A stretch of DNA of 63,142 bases, counting the filler, from Trichomonas gallinae (taxonomy: Eukaryota), in assembly GCA_008369845.1 (NCBI GenBank). It is 7 parts of 7 records of this genome, joined end to end, with 100 filler letters (N's around TTAATTAATTAA, not from the genome) between each part and the next. Parts side by side here need not be neighbours in the genome. Positions count along the whole stretch, not along the records: positions 40,166 to 45,813 come from MRSU01001018.1; positions 45,914 to 51,551 come from MRSU01001021.1; positions 51,652 to 55,097 come from MRSU01001024.1; 4 more parts are not named here. One strand, 5' to 3'. Under the pieces are notes generated by a model, which did no database searches, had not been told where the DNA came from, and saw only the letters and a list, made by a program, of their open reading frames with translations. Every line of letters begins with the position of its first letter. The first letter of the stretch is position 1. Position numbers and translations under genes: made by a program. Shown piece after piece: positions 41,624-53,467 of the stretch.

Positions 41624-42475
41624 CTATGTGTTAGATGCGACATAGAAAATTACTGCGGCGCATGTTGCTATCAAAAACATTGGTAATGAGCTGCCCGTTG
41701 CAACCTCATCCCTTGCTTTTTTAATTTCATTTACAATCCGATTAGTTCTTTGTGCTTCAATCCTCATTTCATCTATTTCACGCTGTATAGAAAATCTGTC
41801 TGGTTCCAAAAGCGAACAAACCTGGTTTAACTGGTTCGTATTTGGAATTCTTAATGGTTTACGATCAATCCTAGCTTGGTCTATAGTTGACAAGTATTCT
41901 TCTGATGACTCGCGCAGTCCTTGCAGCTGTGAGTGAATGGCAATGTACTGAGAAGCGTGGCGCGGAGGAACAAATAATCCGGCTGTTGGCCGAGCTTCTA
42001 CTGGCTGTACGATGATTTCACTTGAGTTCAATGGGAATATGTGTTTCGCTATTGCTTTAAAGAAGTCGTTTGCAATTTGATCCCTGAATGTTCCTCCGTT
42101 ATAATTGATTTCGAGTGTCAGTGTTTCCATGCAGCCTTCTTTGCAGTCTTCGACAGTTCTCGTGATTTGCGCGGAAAGATATGGTAAATTTGTCTTTAAT
42201 ACTGATGAAACGGATTGTTTGAGATTTTCTACTGTGAAATTTCTTGTTTCATGAACGACAACTTCGTCGCTACCAAGCATTCTCTGCACTGGATCGGACC
42301 ATCCAACGTTAATTCTGAATCTAACTAAACATGAATATTTTGAAGGTAGCCACTCAAGAAGGGCTCCATTTCCTTCTGTGTGTATTTGCTTCTCAAAGTC
42401 TGGATCTCTAAGTCTCGTCTGTATGAATTCAGTGGCGGTCATGTTTGGGAATCGTTGCGTAAAGCTACGCTTCAT
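41624..42475 (-). CDS. Hypothetical tail-anchored protein, possible START/VASt-like N-domain plus coiled coil
   Basis: 283-aa ORF; beta-rich N-terminal region, coiled coil, C-terminal TM. Confidence 0.7.
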   Translation of the reverse strand: MKRSFTQRFPNMTATEFIQTRLRDPDFEKQIHTEGNGALLEWLPSKYSCLVRFRINVGWSDPVQRMLGSDEVVVHETRNFTVENLKQSVSSVLKTNLPYLSAQITRTVEDCKEGCMETLTLEINYNGGTFRDQIANDFFKAIAKHIFPLNSSEIIVQPVEARPTAGLFVPPRHASQYIAIHSQLQGLRESSEEYLSTIDQARIDRKPLRIPNTNQLNQVCSLLEPDRFSIQREIDEMRIEAQRTNRIVNEIKKARDEVATGSSLPMFLIATCAAVIFYVASNT

Positions 42476-42982
42476 TCCCTATTAAAAGTGACGGAGTATA
42501 ATTTTTGGCGAAAATTATTGCTTTACATGTCAAAAATAATTTAAAAATAAACCACTTTTTTGGTGGAAATTTTAATCATATATATTATAACAACTTGACT
42601 CAAACTCTATATATAAGTACAGTACATTATAATAGATCTATATGCTCAATGTTTCGATCCTGATGCAGCTATTGAAGTTTGGAAAATTACATCTAAAAAA
42701 GATTTTAATCACTTTGTAAGCTTCATAAAGTTATTCTCTATTCATTATTTTAAGAAATATTTAAAAATTGCTTATTTATTATGTATATGATTCAGATATA
42801 ATTTTTTATAAATATTAACCTTATTAACTATATTCATTCAAATGTTAAATTTTGATATGATAAAAAGAAATCTTATACAGTAAAATGATATAGTTGTTGA
42901 AACTCTATAGATATATTGATTATAGGAAGCATGAATTTGAGTTTGAGTTTTGAGATAAAATTAAGGTTAGTTCACTTTTTTC

Positions 42983-44689
42983 ATGAGCGAAAACGAAGTT
43001 CTTTTTAATTTTAAGAAAAATGAATCTTCTCTAAGTAAAGATACGGAAAATAATAAAAAGAAAGATCTGAAAGACGTAGTTTACAGCAAATTTTATATTG
43101 AGTTTACACTGAAGGATAATAATAATAAACTTTTTCAAGGTCTTGAAGCTTGTAGAACTACGTCGTTATTAGATACAAAGGAAATAGAGGTAATAAAGAA
43201 AAAAGTCTCCGGTAAAGTTGCAGATGGCCGTGATGGAAATTTTTTCATATTTTCAAATCCAAATTTACAACAATTCGTATCATATATTAATATAATAAAT
43301 CAACCTCGTGATAATCAAAAACGACTTCTTTCATATTACCTCTTATACAATCCAAATGCATCAAATTTCGATTATATAATAGATAAAGTTAGAGATGAAA
43401 ACATAAGAAATGAAGTTGCCCAGGAATTACAAATAACAGATAGCAAAGATGCTGATGCTTTCGGTCTATCTTTGTTGAATTTTATGATTTTAGCAAACGA
43501 CGGTTTATATGATAGATACATCAAGGCAGCGAAAAACATCGAATATTTGCACTACAATGATGTAGTAGAGAGCAGATTCTTTACAGCCCTTGCAGCAACG
43601 AAAAGAAATGATAATATTATAAATACAATAATGAATTCGGACTCAATAATGTGCACGAGAGATGCATGCATTGCCTGCATAATTCACGATAAATCTGACG
43701 ACTTGTCAAAACTTCTTAGCATTAGAAAATCTGACAATGACATTGATTTACTAAAGAAATGCCTGAAAAAGTCTTATTACTCCAATTCTATCAACTGTTT
43801 CAACATGTTAATGGATAAATACAAGCTCGATATTGATTTTAATATATATGATTGGTCGAAAGATCCAAACTTTACATTCCAAGCATGCATAGACAAATAT
43901 AACAAGCCATTGCTTCATTCTGCGAATCCAAATTATTCTTTATTGCATTACGCGGCGTTTTACAACGCTCACAAAATTTTCGCTTATTTGAAAGCATTCA
44001 AAAAAGCTGAAGATAACCCTAATTTTCCTGTTGCATTTTTTGTCGCGATGAATCCTAACGCGACGAAACAAATGGTTGATGTTGTTTTGAAAGTTCATAC
44101 TTTGGGATGGAAACTGAACAACAATCCTATGCAGAATTACTGCGCTGCATCCAAAAACAATTACATGCTAGAAAAAACAATGGCTATGAATGCAGAATGG
44201 AAATCCTACGAGAACCCGGAGCCATTAATTATGACATGCGCGCGATTCAACAATACTGAGGCAATTAAGTTCTTCGCTGATTATCCGAAAATATATCCTG
44301 ATTGTCAAACAGCTCTTCACGTTGTTTTGAAAAACTCTACAGCGGATTTTGCACTTGCTGTCAAAGCCACTTTGCATATTTCGGTCGATTCAAGGGATAG
44401 GAATGGTGTCACACCATTAATGCTTGCTTGCCAATATTCATCAACAAAAGTGGTAGCAAAATTCTTGGATATTGCGTTCGATACTTTCATAAAAGATGAT
44501 TTCGGTTACGATATTATACATTACTTGAGACTTTCTGGTGCTAAAGAATCATGGGAAACAGCTGCATCTAAATTTACAGCTGTTTCTCGCGCCCAACCAC
44601 CAGAACATTTTGAGTTCATTACCAAACCTGAACCGCCAATAAGCCAATACGGAAAATGGTATGATGACTCTATTTCACAACTTGTTTAA
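42983..44689 (+). CDS. Ankyrin repeat protein
   Basis: SLLHYAAFYN, TALHVVL, DRNGVTPLMLAC, DDFGYDIIHY. Confidence 0.85.
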   Translation: MSENEVLFNFKKNESSLSKDTENNKKKDLKDVVYSKFYIEFTLKDNNNKLFQGLEACRTTSLLDTKEIEVIKKKVSGKVADGRDGNFFIFSNPNLQQFVSYINIINQPRDNQKRLLSYYLLYNPNASNFDYIIDKVRDENIRNEVAQELQITDSKDADAFGLSLLNFMILANDGLYDRYIKAAKNIEYLHYNDVVESRFFTALAATKRNDNIINTIMNSDSIMCTRDACIACIIHDKSDDLSKLLSIRKSDNDIDLLKKCLKKSYYSNSINCFNMLMDKYKLDIDFNIYDWSKDPNFTFQACIDKYNKPLLHSANPNYSLLHYAAFYNAHKIFAYLKAFKKAEDNPNFPVAFFVAMNPNATKQMVDVVLKVHTLGWKLNNNPMQNYCAASKNNYMLEKTMAMNAEWKSYENPEPLIMTCARFNNTEAIKFFADYPKIYPDCQTALHVVLKNSTADFALAVKATLHISVDSRDRNGVTPLMLACQYSSTKVVAKFLDIAFDTFIKDDFGYDIIHYLRLSGAKESWETAASKFTAVSRAQPPEHFEFITKPEPPISQYGKWYDDSISQLV

Positions 44690-45130
44690 TTTTTAACTGA
44701 CTCTAAAATTTCATGAATTTTATGTATGAAAAACATATGTAGTTTGTTTCCCTCCTTGCAATAAAAATATACGAGAAATATTTGAAATTTAGTTACTTAA
44801 CTGAATTCTCATAATATATACATCTTATGACAGAATATAATATAGTAATGCAATAGAAAGGCTTGTATGATTAAGGAAAAATGAAATAATTTTCGATTTA
44901 AATCAAAATCTGTGTTTTCCAGTGTGGATTGATGTATTTATATGTGTGATATTATGAAATGAAAATATTTTCGAGATATAGATAGATAAGGTTAAAAATG
45001 CTACGATTATTTTCAATTCAATAATAATCGTTACGAAAATGGAAAATGATCATATATAATATTTTAAATGATTTTATAAGAATGAAAAATGCTGTTGCGC
45101 CCGTAAATCGAAAACTGATAAATTGAAAAA

Positions 45131-45520
45131 ATGGGTTGTTGCTCATCCAAAATGCAAGATCCTGATGGCTTTACGGCATACGGAAAAATGGGAATTCCGG
45201 CCCAGGAGTCTATAGATTTTATCATAAAGCAAGGACAAACACCAGAAAGTTACGTAAAAGAAATCGTCACAACACCGTTATTGAAAGGTGTTAATTTTGC
45301 AACTGTTGATGATGATGCGCTTGATTCGGACTCTGATTCAGTAGATAATGATATTATAGAGAATTTATTAAATGAAGAAGATGAAGAAGAACAAGAGAAG
45401 CCAAAAGAAGCTAAAACTACCAAAAAACAAATAGATCCGAACGATGACAATGTCAAATTCGAAGATGTTAACAGTAATGACGAAGAAATTAATTCCGAAG
45501 ATGAGAAACAGGAAATTTAA
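45131..45520 (+). CDS. Small acidic protein with predicted N-myristoylation/palmitoylation
   Basis: Starts MGCCSSK; D/E-rich remainder. Confidence 0.75.
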   Translation: MGCCSSKMQDPDGFTAYGKMGIPAQESIDFIIKQGQTPESYVKEIVTTPLLKGVNFATVDDDALDSDSDSVDNDIIENLLNEEDEEEQEKPKEAKTTKKQIDPNDDNVKFEDVNSNDEEINSEDEKQEI

Positions 45521-45813
45521 TTAGAAATACTTGTTTTCACTGACGAATGCTATACTAATTTAGGATTATTACTAGCAAGAAACCAAATATATCTGAAAAT
45601 TGTTATTTAAACTTATTTACTGGCTTATAATTTATTGTTTGTAGAGTATGGTGTATTTGGTTTGCTTGCAATGCTTGTTTTTTTGGAATAAAATTTGTAC
45701 TTATTTTAATTATTTTGTTTTGTAGCCATCAACAGAGGTGTACCAATGACGATAGAAATGTATTTTTGCTCCAAACTTTGCCGGTATATTATATGCATAA
45801 ATATAATGATATA

Positions 45814-45913
45814 NNNNNNNNNNNNNNNNNNNNNNNNNNNNNNNNNNNNNNNNNNNNTTAATTAATTAANNNNNNNNNNNNNNNNNNNNNNNNNNNNNNN
45901 NNNNNNNNNNNNN
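45814..45913. other. Artificial contig linker
   Basis: N-TTAATTAATTAA-N. Confidence 0.98.
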
Positions 45914-45985
45914 GGTTCCATAGTGTAATGGCTATCACTGGGGACTCTGAATCCCTAAATCCAGGTTCGATTCCTGGTGGAACCA
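45914..45985 (+). tRNA. tRNA-Gln (anticodon CTG)
   Basis: Acceptor stem GGTTCCA/TGGAACC; anticodon arm gggga-ctCTGaa-tccct; T arm ccagg-ttcgatt-cctgg; oligo-T terminator follows. Confidence 0.95.
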
Positions 45986-46312
45986 AACTTTTTTCTTTTT
46001 TTTTCAAAATTCATTCAATTAACATATTTAAGACAACACTTGCTTCCAATTTAATCAAACACTATTGTCAGCTTCGTTACAAGTTGAATTAAAGTTTACA
46101 TATGTTAATTAATTATGAATCGAGAAATAGATTTACTTATTATTATCATACTCATAACCACAGAAGCATGACAATATATTTACTATGAAAAATAACAATC
46201 ATATTTCATTTGTTTATGAAATTCACCATAATTATGAATCAAATAAATATTTTACACGTCAAAAACAAAAGAAATATGTAAATAGACAGTTTACATGACA
46301 AAATTTTATTTA

Positions 46313-49300
46313 ATGTCATATCGAAAAGTGCCAAGATTTTTTTGTCCAGCAAAGATCTGCCGCATTGCTTCCAGGAGCTTGAAGATGCTTTTGAAGAGCT
46401 CAAGAACTCTTCAATCACTAGGAGCAGAATCCTGAATATCAGATCAAAACTGGGCTATATTCTCTACCAATGTTGCCTGACAGATTTCAAAGTGACATTT
46501 TACATTGCTGAGAAGATAATTCAAAATGATTCACCTTCCATAGACAAATCAATCATTTACATAGCGATTTTATCATATATTTACCAATTTATTCCGAAAG
46601 AAGAAGAACATAATTTTATTTTACCAATTTCAGATGATTTTATCAGCCATTCGCAAGTAACAGATGAAGAATTCTCGAATTATTTAACAAAATACTTAAA
46701 TGCTGGCGGTTTAAATAAAATTCCTTGTATTCTCGAGCTTTTAAATCAGCTTTTCCAAAATATTACGACTTACAACATGACACAGATATGTCCTATCGCT
46801 TTAATAATCAATAAAAGTCCAGATTCATTTTCCGCTGTATTTTGGTATCACGTTTCACAGTTTGACATCGATTCCATCATCAATATGCTAAAGCAGGTTT
46901 TACCAATTACAAATCTTGAAATTCCATCAAATTTTCCTGAAATTTTAGAATTAATCGAAGAAAAAGCAATAGAAATGTCAAGACCAGAAAACAGCTTTAA
47001 TGTCATAGAAACGTCACTAATCATAATAAGATGGTTAGTGAACAATAAAATCATTAAATTCGAAGATTTAAATCTAAAATACGAAAATCCTTCATTGAAT
47101 TTAATCGTTTTAAGCATATGGGCAGATTTCGCAAAGTTTGGGAATTTAAATTCACTCCCACAGTTCGAAAAAACAAATTCAAAACCAGTCAATCAAATTT
47201 ACGCTCAAATGTTTGTAAATTCAGTCCAAAACCCAACATGCAGCATCAAAGAATCCACAATACCACATTGGATCGTCGATTCTATTAAAAATGAATTAAT
47301 GGGAATCGAATCTACAACACATCCTTCGATTTTGACCCTGAGCATAGATGAACTTGACGTTTTTGCAGAAATAGCAAACATTCTGCCTAAGTGGTTTTAC
47401 GTTCACGTATTAAGAGCAAGAGTTAAAAATTCAGATTTTCAATTACGATTGATTAGAATAGTCAGAGATATACCGATCAGAATATTTGAGGCTTATGTAG
47501 ATGATTTCTTCGATTTCGTAATATGGTGCCTTAGATTTTCGTCACTTTGTTCAGATCTCGAAGATTTACTTCAAAATTTAGCTTGTTTCTATTATAGTAA
47601 TGTTGATAAGCTAATAGAAAAGGTTATTGATACGCTTGATTACTTCAATGAAACGAATATCATGACGAGATTGAATATTTTGTCAATTTTAGTGCGGTTT
47701 ACTGAAAAATACGTTTGCGAGCCTGTATTTGATACTATATGGGAGTTAATTCCAACAATGCAGCTGTCTATTTCCTTAGTTTCTTCGATAATCAAATTTT
47801 GCGACTCATTAGCTTTCAATTCTCAAGATATACAAGACAAAATCATAACCATTGTCATATCTCCTTTACTAGTTTACTTAAAACAAACAGATTTCGTTGG
47901 TGTTGAAGATTCTCCACAATTATCTGCTTTAATTTCAGCAATTCAGACATTTTACTCTGTAATTTCATCAGATATTGTCGTTAATCCACAATACACGTTC
48001 CAAGATAGTTATCCACTAAATTCATTAGCAATGTCAGTTTTAATTAAGTTAAACCTTCCACAACCAGTGTTTAACTTCATAGTTAACCATTTGGAGGCAT
48101 TGCACATGTCAGCGCAGACTCAAACGGCTGCTTTTATTTATCGACATTTTAATGAAATTTCTCCAACAGTTCTTCAAAATATATCAAAGCCAATAGCGCA
48201 ATATTTCACGTGCGGACTTGGTGATAAAGCTTATTCAGTTATAATGTGCTTATTAACAAAATCAAATTATTTTGCGTCGTGCAGAGGCTCAACATTAGGC
48301 GCAATTTCAGAGCTCCCCGACGACTCAAACCTAGTGAGACTGATTTTGTTTTTAAGTTTGAACACGAAGCCTTTGTTAGCGATGAAACCATCAATGCTCT
48401 TCATTTTGCTAGAAAAATGGCTGCTAGAGAAAGGCGAGCACGACGAGGCAATCATCACAGCCCTCAAGAACTGCGCAGTGGCTACAAAAGCCTGGCGCCA
48501 CCAAAGATTGTACAGAGCTTTTCTTTTCGCACTTGATATACAGCAGCCTCCATCAAAAAGTCCAAGTGGCCACTTTTCTGCTGACTTTTTGTGCAAAAAT
48601 CTTGATCCTGAGGACCCTATTGAAATACTGAAATCCAGCAACATAACTGACGCAATTAGCTTGTTTTCCAGCCATTTTCCCAGTCCTATAGAAAACAGTT
48701 CTGAGCAGGAAGTTGTTGCTGCTTTAGTTAAGATGTATAGACGTGATCCAAGGACCCACCAATTATTAGCCCACCTAACGAAATTGCTCGGTGACAAGGT
48801 CTCCAGTGTAATTGGAGTTTCGCGTCCAATGCTAAGATTTTCCAGATCAATCGGCATAAATAGAGTCATATTATCTCCTTCCACACCTTTCTGCAAGCAA
48901 GTCGCATGCAGACTCGGACAGATCGAATGCAAAGATTTCTTGGTCGAAAGTATCATAGCGAAAGGCAAGAAATCTGATGATATTCTAAACGAAGACAGCT
49001 CAGTATTCTTGGCTGCCCAGTTTGTTGACGCGTCTTCTTCAATTGTAACGTGCAGACTCGCCTTCATGACAAACGTTGACTCAGTCAAAATCAAGGCGTT
49101 GACCCACTTCCCTAATATGGACCAGTCCATTAGACTTGAGCTGATACAAACAACATTAGTAGAAGAAGTGATCAACTCTTTGGATCCTTCTATTCCATCT
49201 GTTGCGTCAGCCTTTTATCATATTCTCAACGCTTACGACTCCGGGCAGACGATTCTCGGCAAATATGCGACTGCTATACTTCAGAATATTATTAGATCAT

Positions 49301-49416
49301 GCAACCAATCGTCTGCCATTTTGTCACTGCTTTCTGTGAAGTGTTTATCTGTCGCAGAAAAGATTGATTCCTATAAAGTAAGGAAGGGAATCATTAAGTT
49401 GTTAAGTGCAAACTAA
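46313..49416 (+). CDS. Large alpha-solenoid hypothetical protein; 1-nt frameshift in a T7 run near the start
   Basis: ORF 46342-49416 has no early ATG; the ATG at 46313 joins the frame if T7 (46337-46343) were T8. Confidence 0.75.
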
Positions 49417-49927
49417 CTTATGCTTTTTATTTTGTTTATTTTATATTGTATTGTTTTTTCTTATAAATATATTTATGGAAATACAGATATTTGTAATTTA
49501 TGAATAGAGCAATAATCTATGATAAGCCAGCTTAACATTTTGCTAAACAACTTATAATAGAATTTTATAGAAACAGCAACTTGAGGAAACTCATAAAATG
49601 ATGGGGTGTATTATAATCGTTCAATTTGTAAGAGACTCATAGATAATAATGGTTTTGATGTAATATTCACCACTCTCAAAATAAAGCAGCCCCTATTTAT
49701 TGAGAAAACTATAAAATATCTTATTTCATTGTAAGTTCAAACACCTATAATGCAATGAATGCAAATATCGATGAATTTGAAAAAGTTAAGAAGATATAAA
49801 TTTTGGCATCTTGGAAATTGTCCAAATTTGGGCTTTTAATATGTTATAAATAGATGCTCATAAAACTGTGAATATGACAGAAGAATTATTTTTCGTTTTA
49901 ATTGAGAAAAAAATACAAACATAAAAA

Positions 49928-50413
49928 TTATATCAGTATTGGATCCATTGAAGTTAGTTTCATTCTAAACTGCTCGAACCCTTTTCCAAATATAATGTCA
50001 TAGTTGATTATTATTGGATCAAATTTAATTTTTGGTTTTTCTTCTTTTTGCTTATTAAAGAAGTCCTTATTGCGAAGGTACCAATTCCATCTATTTTTGA
50101 TCATTATTGGAGACCTATTTGGAATGTATTGTGAAATAATTGCCCACTTATTACCAAAAACTTTTTGATATTGAAGCAAAAGTACGTCTTCTTCAGGTGT
50201 CCACGATTCCTTCTTTATTGTTGGGCATGTATGTCCTGTCCATCTTTCGCGGCATTGCTTTCCTGTTCTTCCAGGAACAAATTGACTCACTACAACCCAA
50301 TTATTTGTACCGCATCGCCTGACCGCTTCTTGTAACTTGTTGTCTTCTTCTTCAGTCCACTTATGCTTCAAGTGCTTCTGCTGCTGGTGACACAAATTGT
50401 CCACGTTGTGCAT
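49928..50413 (-). CDS. R2R3 Myb transcription factor
   Basis: KWTEEED..W..RTGKQCRERW..WTPEED..GNKWA..IKNRW. Confidence 0.93.
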   Translation of the reverse strand: MHNVDNLCHQQQKHLKHKWTEEEDNKLQEAVRRCGTNNWVVVSQFVPGRTGKQCRERWTGHTCPTIKKESWTPEEDVLLLQYQKVFGNKWAIISQYIPNRSPIMIKNRWNWYLRNKDFFNKQKEEKPKIKFDPIIINYDIIFGKGFEQFRMKLTSMDPILI

Positions 50414-51410
50414 TTTTTGAATTAAAAAAATGTCAATTTGATAAGGAACTGAATTTAACTCTTTTTTAATCATTAATAATATTTCACAAAACAAAAATAA
50501 TTAGTTTTTTTTTTACATAAAACAATTGGTGGATCATTATTTTGCTTAATTTTCCATTTATTATTAATCTATATATTAATCATATCATGAAAATGACATT
50601 TCCAAAACTGTTTTTAATTTAATCTTAAAATAAATAGTTAGGATTAATTTACTAACTATTAATACACAAAATGATTGAAATAAACAAGGAATTTATAATA
50701 AGTTTGTTAATTTTGATTCTAATTACAATATCTGCATTTCTTATGTTTATTATATTAATATTATAGACTTTTCAAGCAAAACCAAATTGAATTCAGAAAG
50801 TTAAAAAAATTGAAAAAAGTGGTTAAAATTAATTGTGAAGATGATGTCAGAAAAATATTTCAACATTACTGCAATTCTATAGATAATGAAAAAAGAAGTG
50901 ATTCTATTGTTACCTGACCTCTCAAAAAATTCAATGACGGTTAATTACGATAGAAAGTTTCAAGAGTGATGCTACCTGACCTCTCTTAAAAGCATCAATA
51001 AACAGACAAAATGTATATATTCAAAATAGAACCAAAAATTAATTTGAAAATACTTTTGAATGGATAATTATCGCAATGTTGGATCCGGCTTTTTTTTTTT
51101 TTCACCATGAAAATTACAACTAAAAAATTTATTCCAGTCAATGAAAAATGATTATTTTATATAGAAATGATGCGTTACCAAATCTTTCATGTCTAATAGA
51201 TATGGAAAGTCAGGTATCTGACAGTCAAAAGAGATAACTTCCTGTTTTTGAATATGGCGGTTCATGCTCAGAAAAAAAAATTATCTCCATTTGAACAAAT
51301 AAGGATTTTCTCGTAGTAGAGTGTGATTTTTGAATTGATAAAAAACAAATTTCAGATATCCTAACGTTGGCATCATCAAATTGATTTATTTGTTCGCATT
51401 CACATTATAT

Positions 51411-51551
51411 CTCCCCTATTTTTATCGATAAAATAAAAGGGGGGGGGAACTCCCTCCACCTTTTCAGATCACCTCGAAACCATGCCTGTTGGATACATAT
51501 GGCATAGGGGAATATGGTCTCTAACGGCGACTTTCCTCGCCGTACGTCTGT
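51411..51551. other. GC-rich multi-hairpin element of unknown class at a contig end
   Basis: Stems ctcccct/aggggg, atgcc/ggcat and acggcga/tcgccgt. Confidence 0.45.
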
Positions 51552-51651
51552 NNNNNNNNNNNNNNNNNNNNNNNNNNNNNNNNNNNNNNNNNNNNTTAAT
51601 TAATTAANNNNNNNNNNNNNNNNNNNNNNNNNNNNNNNNNNNNNNNNNNNN
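51552..51651. other. Artificial contig linker
   Basis: N-TTAATTAATTAA-N. Confidence 0.98.
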
Positions 51652-51729
51652 AACCGCCACTACATCGAAGGTGGTGACTACGGCAACCGCGAGAACCTTC
51701 TTGATGCCCTCGTTGAGAGAATGATCTAA
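51652..51729 (+). CDS. RPL7: 60S ribosomal protein L7 (uL30), last 25 codons
   Basis: NRHYIEGGDYGNRENLLDALVERMI* matches the eukaryotic uL30 C-terminus; not in the ORF track. Confidence 0.88.
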   Translation, partial: NRHYIEGGDYGNRENLLDALVERMI

Positions 51730-52078
51730 ATTCATTTCATATAAATTTACTCACTCAAATCTTTTTTGTATTTACCAATCTCAACATAACCTTTCATTCT
51801 TAAATTTATATGATCAGTGTCAGATATATCAAAAATAAAAAAATTTAAATTATGTGTTTTTAATGATGGCAATGGTTCTATTGGAGCAATAAATGTTATT
51901 TTCCATGATAATGATCTGAAAATGTCTTTTGATATCTTTTTGATAATATTATTCTTATTTGTAAGAAGAGAAATTTTTTGGAGGATTTTGTTGTATTTGT
52001 TTGATTGATTTTAAAAGCAAGGAAAGAAGATTTCTATATAAAAATTTATTCAGTTCAGAATACGGTAAGCTAACCAAT

Positions 52079-52648
52079 TTATTTCTTGTGCTTAGCAAGA
52101 GCCTTCTCCTTCTTAGCCTCACGGAAAGCCTTAAGCTTGTCTGTCTTAGCCTTGAAGAGATCAGCCTTCTTCTCTTCAGCCTTGATAACACGGAACTTGA
52201 TTTCGTGCTGAACCTTTGGAAGAGCGAAGAGGGCAGCATCGTTAACCTGCTCGACTGTCTCGCCCTTCTTGACCTTGATAAGGCGGGCCTTGTAAGCCTG
52301 AAGACGCTCGACGTTCTGCTTGACCATAGCATCCTTAGAGTGGGCACGGCGCTGATCAACGGCGATACCCTGGAAACGAGCGAGAGCTGGATCGAATCCG
52401 GCAGCGACAAGTTCCTTTGGTGTGAAACCACGGCCAAGGCGTGTCTTCATGTTGTAGCGAACTGTTGGGCAGCGGACAACTGGGCGGAGTGGGCCCTCGG
52501 CTGGGCGTGGGGCAATCTTCTTAGCACGAAGGCTACGAGCATTGCGGCGGCGCTGAGCACGAGCTGGGTCATCGAAGTATGTCTTTACACGGTGATACCA
52601 GTACTTACGAAGGTGATCATTAGGAATCTGGTTGTTCTTAGCTACCAT
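52079..52648 (-). CDS. RPL13: 60S ribosomal protein L13 (eL13)
   Basis: HLRKYW..VKTYFD..APRP..LRPVVRCPTVRYN..RLGRGFT..GIAVD. Confidence 0.97.
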   Translation of the reverse strand: MVAKNNQIPNDHLRKYWYHRVKTYFDDPARAQRRRNARSLRAKKIAPRPAEGPLRPVVRCPTVRYNMKTRLGRGFTPKELVAAGFDPALARFQGIAVDQRRAHSKDAMVKQNVERLQAYKARLIKVKKGETVEQVNDAALFALPKVQHEIKFRVIKAEEKKADLFKAKTDKLKAFREAKKEKALAKHKK

Positions 52649-52649
52649 T

Positions 52650-52685
52650 CGAAAAGGCCGACCAAAACCGATAAAACCGTAAAAT
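52650..52685 (-). promoter_or_regulatory. M3 (Myb-like) plus M5 (CCTTT) core promoter of RPL13
   Basis: Minus strand reads ttttacggttttatcggttttggtcggCCTTTtcgaATG. Confidence 0.7.
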
Positions 52686-52869
52686 CCATTTTTGTTTTTT
52701 CTTGTTTTAAGATAGTTTTTGGATGTAATTTTTGTTTTTAATCCTAAAAAACTAAAAGTGCTTGAAAATTAAAATATTGATTCCAAAAACTCATTATTTG
52801 CTCTTTTTACTATGATTACTCATTTAATTTCGTTGATTATAGTCGAATTATTATGGTTACAAATCTTAA

Positions 52870-53132
52870 AACCGAAAAGATATCTTTTGCAAAATATTCA
52901 ACAAAGAATTATCCATTCTAATATAGTCTAATCAAATAGATATAAGAATTCATGAGCAAATATCATAGTTATAATACTGAAAATTGATAAGATATCATTT
53001 TCAAAAATATACAACTAATATTTATCTATTTTAATACATTATAAACAACTTCATATAAGAATATATAAGTATCCATAATAGTTGCAATACCGAAAATTGA
53101 TATGATATCTTTTGCAAAAATATCAACTAAAT
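52870..53132. repeat. Degenerate tandem repeat of about 110 bp
   Basis: ac(c/t)gaaaa..gatatc..ttt..caaaa..caac at about 52871, 52976 and 53089. Confidence 0.65.
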
Positions 53133-53467
53133 TTCCTTGAATTTAGCTGTTATTAATCAATTATTTACAAGTATGTATAAGTATTTATGTATGACTAGCT
53201 AATAGGTAAAATAGATTATTAAAAATGTTAAAAATTTACAACACAAAACGATAGTATGGTCATTATAATAAAATAGCATCCATTACAACAAACAAAAATG
53301 CCCAAATAAAAATATATATTATAAAATAATTATTTCTTGCAAAATTATACTGTTAAGTCAACATATCTGATGAAAAAGCTCTGATTCTTGAATTTCATTA
53401 ATGATTGATATAAATTTGACATGTAAATTAAAATTTGTCAAATAAAGTTAATTTTGTCGTGTAAAGG

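Noticed and set aside
48267..49175. 302-aa antisense ORF
   Set aside because: Lies wholly antisense to a long CDS, is Ser-rich and has no domain signal
51524..51543. Minus-strand GAGGAAAGTC as RNase P/MRP CR-I
   Set aside because: It sits in a local hairpin, and I found no downstream CR-V partner able to form P4
51955..52741. 246-aa and 160-aa ORFs overlapping RPL13
   Set aside because: Antisense and alternate-frame shadows of a highly biased ribosomal protein gene
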